Of a stretch of 47,674 nucleotides of DNA, positions 10,153-18,346 are shown piece after piece (the stretch's first letter is position 1; the number at the start of each line of letters is the position of its first letter). The position numbers and the translations under genes are program-made. The notes under the pieces are model-generated. The model made no database searches. It was not told where the DNA came from and was given only the letters and a program-made list of their open reading frames with translations. Source of the stretch: a virus (taxonomy: Duplodnaviria > Caudoviricetes); IMG/VR virus record IMGVR_UViG_3300016657_000077, positions 1-47,674 of that record, one strand, 5' to 3'.

Positions 10153-10194
10153 ATAAAAAACCCCACGGCTTAGACCGTGGGGTTTTTTATGTCG
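10153..10194 (-). terminator. Intrinsic terminator between fibre and adhesin
   Basis: AAAAAACCCCACGG/CCGTGGGGTTTTTT stem; CGACATA precedes on minus strand. Confidence 0.85.
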
Positions 10195-10196
10195 TT

Positions 10197-11468
10197 TTAA
10201 CGAATATCTTTAAGGGCAGATATCATGATACGACCAGATGTCTCCACAAAGTAACACAGATAATCGACAGAGCCGGCTGCGGTCGAAAGTACCGGTGGTG
10301 TTCCGCCTGCGAACTTAAAGATGGCATTGTACGTGATAGTACGGCCACCCGTAGCATCCTGCGTCAGAATCAGGAAACCCGATTGACCCGGCTGAATGTT
10401 GGATGGCAAACCCAGGGTGAGGCCGCCGTTCAGTGGCATGGCAAAGTTGTTCGATACCGACAAATCGAGACTGAGGTTGCTAGTATACGGCAAGTTTACA
10501 ATCTGACCGATCTGGGATTTGCTCCATTGCTGGCTACTGTCAATGCGAGCAATATTAGCCTGCATCTGAGCAAGCGGGACTTTGGAAGCACTATCCAAAG
10601 TAGCCACGCCATTAGCGGTGCCTTTTTGAGCATTCGGAATAGCATCCACATCAGCGCGAGCACGCGCTGCAGTGTAATACAAGTTAACACTACCTTCAGG
10701 AACTGCATCAGTAGTGCCCGGAGACGGAGAGATTTCTACATAGGTACTGCCAGACCAACGATAGGTGCGGTTGGTATCCAGAGTGATGTAGATAGCGCTG
10801 CTTTTGCCAGTAACAGGGAAAGCCGAAAGAGTAGCCCCTTCGATAATCTCCTCTACTGAATTCGGAATCAATGCTGTCGGAATCTTACCATCTACCAGAT
10901 CCACCACAGTACCGCCTTGAGATACCAAATCAGTACTAGTGAGAGCACCAGCAAGACTTTCGAGATCCAGCACTTGACCATTGATAGTGATACCACTACT
11001 GTCAATCACAACAGTATTGGCCACATTCAGTACGGAAGCATTCAAACGAGCAGAACTGAAAGCACGGGTACCTACAACAAACATGGTACCGGTCAACGGC
11101 TCGGAGAAGGTCACGATCAACTTGTTGGTCGGATCGGCAGGATTCGGCTCAACGGAAGCAGGGACATCGTAGTTACCATCCAGGTCTTTTACAATGAACC
11201 AAACATCTTCGGTATTCAGGTTGTGGTTTACCTGCCAAGTCAGGCTAGCGGCAGCCTGAGTATGCAGGTAGGTAGCGGTATCACTACCTTTAGCAATCGG
11301 AAACCAAGTTTGAAAACCACTCACTTCCGTGTAGACATACATCGATGTCCCAACACTGTGGATAGTATTCAGCGCTGGATTCTCGGGAAATGCCCCATTT
11401 TGCGTGGAGGACAGTACAACGCCATCCAGCAAACCCAGGCGCCCATGTACTTTTACTTGCTTTGTCAT
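10197..11468 (-). CDS. Tail fibre protein 2
   Basis: Shares N-terminal region, YRWSGSTYVEISP block and C-terminal domain with fibre 1; start at ATG 11468 with AGGA SD. Confidence 0.8.
   Translation of the reverse strand: MTKQVKVHGRLGLLDGVVLSSTQNGAFPENPALNTIHSVGTSMYVYTEVSGFQTWFPIAKGSDTATYLHTQAAASLTWQVNHNLNTEDVWFIVKDLDGNYDVPASVEPNPADPTNKLIVTFSEPLTGTMFVVGTRAFSSARLNASVLNVANTVVIDSSGITINGQVLDLESLAGALTSTDLVSQGGTVVDLVDGKIPTALIPNSVEEIIEGATLSAFPVTGKSSAIYITLDTNRTYRWSGSTYVEISPSPGTTDAVPEGSVNLYYTAARARADVDAIPNAQKGTANGVATLDSASKVPLAQMQANIARIDSSQQWSKSQIGQIVNLPYTSNLSLDLSVSNNFAMPLNGGLTLGLPSNIQPGQSGFLILTQDATGGRTITYNAIFKFAGGTPPVLSTAAGSVDYLCYFVETSGRIMISALKDIR
10657..10764. repeat. 108-nt direct repeat copy 2
   Basis: See 4589-4696. 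Confidence 0.9.
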
Positions 11469-11533
11469 ATGGGGAGTCCTATTTATAAAAGAAGGGTCAC
11501 GGAAAATGCCATGACTCCATATCATTTCGTGAA

Positions 11534-12349
11534 TTATGCAACCGCACCTTTTACATATGCTGCATTATACCCAATAGTACCCGACCAAGTTACGGTGAAT
11601 CCATTGAGCGCTACCGCATTACCGGCGGCAGCGCCATAGCCGCAGCCGGTAGTCATAGTAGATGCTTCATAACCGTTGCCGCCAGCAGCACCCCAGTCGC
11701 CGCCGTTACCGCCTCGGCCTGCATTTGTACCGCCACCAAGAGAACTACCAGCACCACCGGTTCCAGGTCCATTTACTGTACCGGCAGTACCTGCTTGTGC
11801 CGCCGAGTAAGATGCTGGGTAGTATGTAGTGCCAGGGGCGCCGCCGTTACCACCACTATAACCTCTACCACCACCCCCGCCACCGCCACCTAAGTTGGCT
11901 GAAGCTTTTTGATACAAACCAGCACCACCACCTGCACCGCCGCCACCACCAAAGATGTATCCTTCATTTATAATGTTGGTTTTATATCCAAGGGAAAGTG
12001 CCGGTCCACCAGCACCACCATTACCACCTCTAGAAGTCAAAGTGGCACCTGCACCACCATTACCACCTTTACCAACAATGTATCCATTATTCACAATCGT
12101 GATGATTGATCCTGCTGGAAATGTCCCCGTAACGATTGCTGCAGTTGCTGTGGTTGTCGAATAGACCCAAACACCCGCTGCAATGGTGACAGTAATGTTT
12201 ACTGGTGTAATGCCATTCCAACCATTACTTATCGCCATTGATCGAATATTGATATCGGCGGTATTAACATTGATATCGTATCCAGCATTAAACGGCTTAA
12301 TGCCACCACCCATAATAGGTGCTATAATAGCGCCAGGAATCATGCCCAT
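11534..12349 (-). CDS. Glycine-rich receptor-recognition adhesin (T-even gp38-like)
   Basis: IVNNGYIVGKGGNGG, GGPAL, INEGYIFGGGGG and poly-Gly GRG motifs, C-terminal GxAGxAV...W...G pattern typical of gp38 adhesins; follows a fibre gene. Confidence 0.8.
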   Translation of the reverse strand: MGMIPGAIIAPIMGGGIKPFNAGYDINVNTADINIRSMAISNGWNGITPVNITVTIAAGVWVYSTTTATAAIVTGTFPAGSIITIVNNGYIVGKGGNGGAGATLTSRGGNGGAGGPALSLGYKTNIINEGYIFGGGGGAGGGAGLYQKASANLGGGGGGGGRGYSGGNGGAPGTTYYPASYSAAQAGTAGTVNGPGTGGAGSSLGGGTNAGRGGNGGDWGAAGGNGYEASTMTTGCGYGAAAGNAVALNGFTVTWSGTIGYNAAYVKGAVA

Positions 12350-12360
12350 TATCCTTAAAT

Positions 12361-12400
12361 AAAAAAGAGACCATCCGGCAACGAGTGGTCTCTTATGTCG
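12361..12400 (-). terminator. Intrinsic terminator between fibre and adhesin
   Basis: AAGAGACCA/TGGTCTCTT stem plus T run on minus strand, preceded by CGACATA. Confidence 0.7.
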
Positions 12401-12401
12401 C

Positions 12402-13394
12402 TTATTTAATATTCAACGCAGAAGTGATGAAAATGCGGGCTGGCGATTCTACATAGTAGAACAAGTAGTCGACAGCACTACCAGTAGTTGTCAATACAGG
12501 TGGTGTGCCGCCAACAAACTTATAAACAGCGTTATAAGTCAGTGTTCGACCGCCAGTGGTATCTTGCGATACTGCAATCACACCCGACTGACCTGCCACT
12601 GCATTAGTCGGCGCAGCCAATGCACCGTTGCCCGTAAGCGTAAGTGAGTAGTTATTAGACAGGCTCAAATCTAGCGCTATAGATGCCGCGTACGCGAGTG
12701 CGACCACTTGACCGCGCTGACTCTTAGTGAAGGTCTGTGCGGTGTCTACGTAGGCTGTATTGGCCGGCAATTGGGTCTTTGGGACCTTAAGTGTAGCATC
12801 CAGCGTAGCAATACCATTAGGGGCACTCAGTTTACTCAACAACGTCGCATTTGTCTCATCACCGGTGTTACTACCGCTAAGAGTGGTAATACCTAGTTTG
12901 GTTTTAATAGTGGCTGCTGTCTCGTCGCCTGTATTAGTACCACTAATCGACGTAATGGACAATTTGGATAGGATCGAAGCATTGGTTTCATCACCTGTGT
13001 TACTACCACTAAGCGTGGTAATGCCCAATTTCGATTTAATTGTTGCGTTTGTCTCATCACCAGTATTCACTCCCGAAATGGAAGTGATGTTGAGTTTATT
13101 GAGGATGGTAGTTTGAGTTTCATCCCCAGTGTTGGCACCGGACAAAGTCGTAATGCCTAGTTTGGTTTTGATAGTGGCCGCTGTCTCGTCACCTGTATTA
13201 GAGCCGGTGAGATTAGTTAGGCCCAGTTTGCCCAAGATAGTGTTCTTATCTTCATCTCCTGTGTTGGCTCCAGTTAGAACACTCACTCCTAGTTTACCTT
13301 TAATCGCGGTACCAGTAAGGTTGTTCTTAATTGTCCCGCCATAGCCGCTAACGGCCTGAACCAGATGATTGACAGTGTCGCCAAGTCGTGACAT
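12402..13394 (-). CDS. Tail fibre protein 3 with 22-aa repeats
   Basis: Seven NTGDE repeats, GIATLD motif, same C-terminal domain as fibres 1 and 2; start ATG 13394 with GAGG SD. Confidence 0.8.
   Translation of the reverse strand: MSRLGDTVNHLVQAVSGYGGTIKNNLTGTAIKGKLGVSVLTGANTGDEDKNTILGKLGLTNLTGSNTGDETAATIKTKLGITTLSGANTGDETQTTILNKLNITSISGVNTGDETNATIKSKLGITTLSGSNTGDETNASILSKLSITSISGTNTGDETAATIKTKLGITTLSGSNTGDETNATLLSKLSAPNGIATLDATLKVPKTQLPANTAYVDTAQTFTKSQRGQVVALAYAASIALDLSLSNNYSLTLTGNGALAAPTNAVAGQSGVIAVSQDTTGGRTLTYNAVYKFVGGTPPVLTTTGSAVDYLFYYVESPARIFITSALNIK
12830..13298 (-). repeat. Coding tandem repeat, 7 x 66 nt (22 aa)
   Basis: KLGITTLSGxNTGDETxATI units; DNA diverged at synonymous sites; boundaries approximate. 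Confidence 0.85.
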
Positions 13395-13478
13395 ACGTAC
13401 CTCTACTAAAGGGTGGTTTAGGTTATTTTTACTATAGTTGTATATTTTATCACCATAGTCCATAGGATTTTGAAAGAA

Positions 13479-13518
13479 CGGCATAAGACGACCCCGTTTC
13501 CGAGGTCGTCTGTATGTC
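13479..13518 (-). terminator. Intergenic hairpin
   Basis: AGACGACC/GGTCGTCT stem flanked by CGGCATA and TATGTC. Confidence 0.65.
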
Positions 13519-13840
13519 AGTCGTTACTTACTACAGGTACTGGTTGCCCTTCATCAGCTTCGATACTAAGTTTGCAGTGATCTTTCTGGACAATATCCAA
13601 TAGCTTACATAGCACGCACCAATGCCGCACCTTGGCCAATTGACCTTTACCTGCGCGACTACTAATGGATTCATCTTCATCACCACCAATAGCCGCATTT
13701 ACTGTTTGGTCAAAACCAACAGAAACACGCAGGGAATGTCGACTACCCGCCAATGCATGGAATAGACCTAGGACAATAGCAAGCAGTCCGCCAATAGAAG
13801 CAACGAACCAAAGTGCCAGCAATACGATTCTGACTTTCAT
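13517..13840 (-). CDS. Conserved phage membrane-anchored hypothetical protein
   Basis: N-terminal hydrophobic helix; DQxxNxxxGGDxDExISSR and CxxLD...DHC motifs seen in small genes near phage tail fibres. Confidence 0.75.
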   Translation of the reverse strand: MKVRIVLLALWFVASIGGLLAIVLGLFHALAGSRHSLRVSVGFDQTVNAAIGGDEDESISSRAGKGQLAKVRHWCVLCKLLDIVQKDHCKLSIEADEGQPVPVVSND

Positions 13841-13848
13841 TTGGACAC

Positions 13849-14052
13849 CTACTTCAGACGGCCAGTTGCGCCATGGAAATGTGCCTTACCATCCAACACT
13901 TTGTGGGCAGCATCAAACATGACGTACTGATTACGGATAAACTGGAGTTTCTCTTCTACGGACTTTTCGCCAGAATTCAGAAAGTTCTCCATGTTATCTT
14001 CTAGTTTACCTACCCAGATAGCCATCTGGGCTTGTTTAACCTTGAGACTCAT
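13849..14052 (-). CDS. Hypothetical protein (67 aa)
   Basis: Tightly packed ORF in operon, AAAGG SD. Confidence 0.65.
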   Translation of the reverse strand: MSLKVKQAQMAIWVGKLEDNMENFLNSGEKSVEEKLQFIRNQYVMFDAAHKVLDGKAHFHGATGRLK

Positions 14053-14269
14053 TGATCAACAACCTTTCTGCACGTGCATAGAATTGTTTCAGATACGCCA
14101 CGTTCTGGCGATAGTTATCTTTCTGGTTAGCGTTATCAAAGTCAGTTACCTTTGCAAGTTCTCGCAAGTTAACCAAACTTTTGTGTATCTCCACTAACAC
14201 ATCTTCATAACGTGTCAACGTAGCCGGTGATACGTTAGAGATGACTTTTTTAGTCCCCTGAAACTCCAT
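14036..14269 (-). CDS. Hypothetical protein (77 aa)
   Basis: Tightly packed ORF in operon. Confidence 0.65.
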   Translation of the reverse strand: MEFQGTKKVISNVSPATLTRYEDVLVEIHKSLVNLRELAKVTDFDNANQKDNYRQNVAYLKQFYARAERLLINESQG

Positions 14270-14281
14270 CTAGCCTACCCC

Positions 14282-14818
14282 TTAATCATTAAACAATACC
14301 AATGGTAATTCCTCAAAGTCAGTGACTTGATTCAGAATATAATCACGTTTTGTATTGAATTGCTTCAGCAGATTCAATTTGAATGCGACACCATCGGCGA
14401 CAACTTGCTTCAACTGAGAGAAAGTGTGGTTAATGTACACTTTAGGTTGTACTACACCATCCACCACTGGGCGTGCAGCATAGTCTTCTGCACCACCGTT
14501 GGGATTCTCTACAGTTGGGAATACGTTAACAAGCGAGCCTGCCAAGTTCAGTTGGTCTACTACCTCACTGTCATACATGTGTGGCGTACCAAGTGCTGAA
14601 CTTACAAACCCACTAATGATTGCTTGTTCACAATCATGACTAAGTTCTACAATGCGTTTCTTTTTGGCGACTTCCAGAAAAGCAGCTTCAATAGCAGCTT
14701 GCGTTGGAATAGGATCGCCAGTCTCCCAAGTCAGATTGGCATAGTTGGTTGGATCACCAATACATACCACACCTACATTTGGAAAACATGCGCCAATTGC
14801 TTCTACGTAATTGATCAT
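14282..14818 (-). CDS. Tail-fibre-associated protein (DUF4376-like, possible assembly chaperone)
   Basis: IxxGFxSxALGxxHxYDSxxxDQxNL and HTxxQLxxV motifs; context. Confidence 0.65.
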   Translation of the reverse strand: MINYVEAIGACFPNVGVVCIGDPTNYANLTWETGDPIPTQAAIEAAFLEVAKKKRIVELSHDCEQAIISGFVSSALGTPHMYDSEVVDQLNLAGSLVNVFPTVENPNGGAEDYAARPVVDGVVQPKVYINHTFSQLKQVVADGVAFKLNLLKQFNTKRDYILNQVTDFEELPLVLFND

Positions 14819-15483
14819 TTAGCTAGCTCCGCAATCGACCAGTAAGAAGGATTCACACCACCCAATGTGTTACCATCAGGTCTGCCAATTGACCAGGTTG
14901 TACCAGACACTGCTGCGCCAATGCGACATGCAATAGTCATGGGGTTAAGGCTACTTACATCAATGATTGATTTCACAACGAAGTCACGACCACCAGTTAC
15001 TGTTTCACCACCAGCAATTGGTATAACGGCCAGCAATGTAGTATCGGCCCAAAGAGTCAATACAATAGAACTTTTCATTTTCTTGATATCGACGATACCA
15101 GAGAAATCAATCAGCAATGTATTGCCGATCTTCTTAGGGGTAATTTGCTGCGACCACAATAACGTACCTTCAGTTGGTAGTGGTGCATTATTACTAATGG
15201 CAATCACGGTAGTACCTTGCTGCTGGGGTACCGTCCCATGGTAAATCGCTTCCACCCCTTTGATGCCAGCCACGTCACTAGTATAAGCGACCTGTTTCTT
15301 AGTCACCGACCCATTTGCACCTGGCTCAGCAAACACTATACGTTTTACAGCATCATTAAACCACATCCGTGTAGCAGACGGATTCACTGGATCTACTGCC
15401 AGCGTCTCAAGCTCAAAATTCTCTACCTCACCCGTACTACCGGCTATCTTGATGCTACCATGGACTTTTACACTCTTACTCAT
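14815..15483 (-). CDS. Putative tail fibre-associated structural protein
   Basis: N-terminus (KVHG...ENFELExLxxDP...RxWxN) resembles that of 15559-17841; beta-rich C-terminus. Confidence 0.65.
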   Translation of the reverse strand: MSKSVKVHGSIKIAGSTGEVENFELETLAVDPVNPSATRMWFNDAVKRIVFAEPGANGSVTKKQVAYTSDVAGIKGVEAIYHGTVPQQQGTTVIAISNNAPLPTEGTLLWSQQITPKKIGNTLLIDFSGIVDIKKMKSSIVLTLWADTTLLAVIPIAGGETVTGGRDFVVKSIIDVSSLNPMTIACRIGAAVSGTTWSIGRPDGNTLGGVNPSYWSIAELAK

Positions 15484-15504
15484 TTTGGATACCTAAAAAT
15501 TACA

Positions 15505-15543
15505 TGGCATAAAAGAGAGTGACCCGAAGGTCACTCTCTTTTA
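15505..15543 (-). terminator. Intrinsic terminator (UUCG loop)
   Basis: AAAAGAGAGTGACC-TTCG-GGTCACTCTCTTTT on minus strand followed by ATGCCA. Confidence 0.9.
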
Positions 15544-15558
15544 ATTCACTTCTAGCAA

Positions 15559-17841
15559 TTAAGCCAGTTGTGCGGTCGAGATGAAGGTAACGCGAATTTC
15601 GCGGGACTCAGACAGAGTAACCAGAACGCTGTTAGCGTCGGCGATTTCCACCGGCACCACGTCGTTACGGAACACGCCGTCATCACCCTTCACCATTACG
15701 CTGTAGGTGAATTCGTCGCTGTTGAAGCCGTGAACAGCGGTGTGCACCAGGGCAGCACCGGTCGAACGCCAGGTCTTACGACCAGCATTCAGGGCGGCTT
15801 TCAGGGCTTCGGAGCCAGCACCAGCAGCGGCTTCAACGGAATCCAGACGGGAGTCCAGAGCAGTTTCAGCAGCAACGGCACGAGCAGCTTCAGCCGACAG
15901 GTCAGAAGCCAGTTGGGTTTCAGCAGCCTGGGCGCGAGCGGTTTCAGCCGACAGGCCGGATTCCAGGGTGGACACGCGACCTTTGAAAGCAGCGTCCAGG
16001 TCAACAGTGTAACCGATGTCCTTGGAACCAGACACTTCAGTGAAGCCAGCAGAACCAACAACAGTGAAGTCGGTGTTGTCCAGGATATCGATAGCGCCCA
16101 GGGAGTTGAACAGCAGGCCATCACCTTCGTTGGCATGCAGAACAGTACCTTCAGCGCCGTTCTTGAAGAAACCAGCGGTGTTTACTTTGTAGTAATCGCC
16201 AGCGTCCTTCTGCGACAGAGTGGACATGTCGAAGGCATTGGCTTCGTCAGCACCCAGGTCAACCAGGCCCACGTATTCGAACACATCACCCAGAGCGGAG
16301 ATTTTGGCATCAACGCTGGCAGTGGTAGCGAAAGTGGTTTCAACGGTGGTCAGGCGACCATCGATGCCGGCTTCGGCAGCTTGTGCGCGGCTAACTTCAG
16401 CAGCGATTGCATCAGCATTGACCTGGTCACCAGCTTCGCGAGCGGCAACTTCAGCGGTCAGTGCAGTTTGCAGGGCGCCTTCGGCAGCGGTAGCACGAGT
16501 AGCCTCAGCTTGTTCAGCTGCGGTAGCACGAGCGATTTCAGCATCCAGACCAGACTGCAGGCTACCTTCGGCAGCTTGTGCACGAGTAACTTCTGCGGAC
16601 AGGGAATCCTGCAGAGCAGACTCAGCACCAGCGGCGCGGGAGGCTTCAGCTACAACTTCAGCTTGTACTTCGTTGATGGCTGCAACCAGAGTGCCTTTGG
16701 CATCGGTAGTCAGGTCAACCAGGTTACCGGTAGCGCCGGAAGCAGTAGCAGCCAGGCTATCGATAGAGGCTTGCAGGCCAGCTTCAGCTGCCTGGGCACG
16801 AACAACTTCAGCTTGCTCAGCGGCTTGGGCGCGAGTTACCTCGGCAGCCAGGTCAGCGGAGATTTGAGCTTCAGCGGCGGTAGCACGCGAAACTTCAGCG
16901 TTCAGACCGGATTGAAGACCAGCTTCAGCGGTTTGTGCACGGGATACTTCAGCAGTCAGACCAGCTTCGGTGTTGCTTACGCGATCTTTGAAGGCTTGAG
17001 CCAGATCGATGGTGTAGCCGATTTCTTGGCTACCGTTAGCTTCTACGAAGTCGGCAGTGCCGGAGATACCGTAGTCGGTGTTGTCAACTTTGTCAACGCC
17101 ACCGGAGGTGTTCCACAGCAGGCCGTCGCCGATATTGGCATGGAAGGCAGCTTCTTCACCAACTTTGAAATAGCCATCAGCAGCTACTTTGTAGTAGTCG
17201 CCGGCATCTTTCAGGGTCAGGGTAGCCAGATCGAATGCGGAAGCAGCGTCGGCACCACCGGACACCAGACCAACGTATTGGAAGGCGTTACCCAGGGAAG
17301 CGATCTTACCATCAACGTAGGAGATGGTTGCGTAAGTAGCTTCAACAGCGGCCAGACGGGTATCCAGACCAGCTTCAACGCCAACAGCGCGTGCTGCTTC
17401 GGCGGCGATGTCATCACCCAGGGAAGTCTGAGCGTTGTTCAGTGCAGTTTGCAGGGCACTGATAGCGGCCTGCAGTGCAGCTTCGGCAGCTTGTGCGCGG
17501 GTCAGTTCAGCTTGTTCGGCGGCGGTAGCGCGGGTCACTTCGGCCGACAGATCAGTTTGAAGCTGAGTTTCGGCAGCAGCTGCGCGTGCTGCTTCGGCGG
17601 CCAGTTGGGAGGCCAGGTCTTGTACAGCAGCGTTGAAGGCAACAGCGTCGCCGATTACGCCAATTTTCAGAGCACCAGTGCCATCGATGAAGGTGTATTT
17701 CACTTCATTGGTGGTACCGTTTACCCAGAAACGACCCGGTGCGGTTACGATCGGATCCTGAGGCAGGACTTCAATCGAGAAGTTCTCGATGGTTGCGCCA
17801 TTTGCGAGAACGAGGCTATGGAACTTTTGTTTACCGGCCAT
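15559..17841 (-). CDS. Long coiled-coil fibre/whisker-like virion protein (760 aa)
   Basis: Many AEVxRAxAAE repeats, two copies of a ~120-aa KDAGDYYKV domain, strong high-expression codon bias, GGAG SD. Confidence 0.8.
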   Translation of the reverse strand: MAGKQKFHSLVLANGATIENFSIEVLPQDPIVTAPGRFWVNGTTNEVKYTFIDGTGALKIGVIGDAVAFNAAVQDLASQLAAEAARAAAAETQLQTDLSAEVTRATAAEQAELTRAQAAEAALQAAISALQTALNNAQTSLGDDIAAEAARAVGVEAGLDTRLAAVEATYATISYVDGKIASLGNAFQYVGLVSGGADAASAFDLATLTLKDAGDYYKVAADGYFKVGEEAAFHANIGDGLLWNTSGGVDKVDNTDYGISGTADFVEANGSQEIGYTIDLAQAFKDRVSNTEAGLTAEVSRAQTAEAGLQSGLNAEVSRATAAEAQISADLAAEVTRAQAAEQAEVVRAQAAEAGLQASIDSLAATASGATGNLVDLTTDAKGTLVAAINEVQAEVVAEASRAAGAESALQDSLSAEVTRAQAAEGSLQSGLDAEIARATAAEQAEATRATAAEGALQTALTAEVAAREAGDQVNADAIAAEVSRAQAAEAGIDGRLTTVETTFATTASVDAKISALGDVFEYVGLVDLGADEANAFDMSTLSQKDAGDYYKVNTAGFFKNGAEGTVLHANEGDGLLFNSLGAIDILDNTDFTVVGSAGFTEVSGSKDIGYTVDLDAAFKGRVSTLESGLSAETARAQAAETQLASDLSAEAARAVAAETALDSRLDSVEAAAGAGSEALKAALNAGRKTWRSTGAALVHTAVHGFNSDEFTYSVMVKGDDGVFRNDVVPVEIADANSVLVTLSESREIRVTFISTAQLA

Positions 17842-17922
17842 TATCTAACTCCAGTTGAGTTTTATACTGCATGGGAAAAAGTGACATCAACAGCGAACAC
17901 TGTTCCAGATATGTCACTGCAT

Positions 17923-18330
17923 TCAGTCTACAAAAAACTGAATAATGACAATGCCAGATTCTGGTTCAGTGAAATGAATGGTAAATTCATTACTGTCGAT
18001 TGGTTCGAATGGCGCGTGAAGAATATCTTTCACGTCATTCATGATCGTCATACTAAACAGTTCAGTGTTAAGGTCGTGCTTAATGTTCAACATTTGCGTT
18101 GCTGCAAATGTATACTTTCTAACCACCAACCCACCCAGTCGCTGTTCAGCAATCAGGTCGATCTGGATTTTGGCGTCTTTAGCAAGCTTTGCTAAAGATG
18201 GGTAGGCACCTGCCTCCCCTTGCACCATTAAGTTTTCATCGCCCTTGACAAAGTCATGAGCGAGCCCGGAATCGGTAATGAACCGATCGATGTGCCAGGC
18301 TAGAGTTTCTTGGGGTGTAGAGTTACTCAT
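17923..18330 (-). CDS. Putative fibre adaptor protein (135 aa)
   Basis: N-terminal VxGxxGxYPSLAK segment; C-terminal HDLN...NEFTIHFTEPESG domain shared with fibres. Confidence 0.65.
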   Translation of the reverse strand: MSNSTPQETLAWHIDRFITDSGLAHDFVKGDENLMVQGEAGAYPSLAKLAKDAKIQIDLIAEQRLGGLVVRKYTFAATQMLNIKHDLNTELFSMTIMNDVKDILHAPFEPIDSNEFTIHFTEPESGIVIIQFFVD

Positions 18331-18346
18331 TTTCGATCATCTTTTG

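Noticed and set aside
12830-13298. 66-nt periodicity resembling a CRISPR array
   Set aside because: Coding repeat with synonymous divergence, no unique spacers, no cas genes
1515-13394. Invertible shufflon or diversity-generating retroelement acting on the fibre genes
   Set aside because: All cassettes are co-oriented complete genes; no invertase, reverse transcriptase, inverted crossover sites or adenine-specific TR/VR pair seen in the window
15568-18195. 875-aa plus-strand ORF (and similar ones at 26394-27266, 27498-28883, 29579-30622)
   Set aside because: Antisense shadows of strongly codon-biased genes; no SD or protein-like motifs
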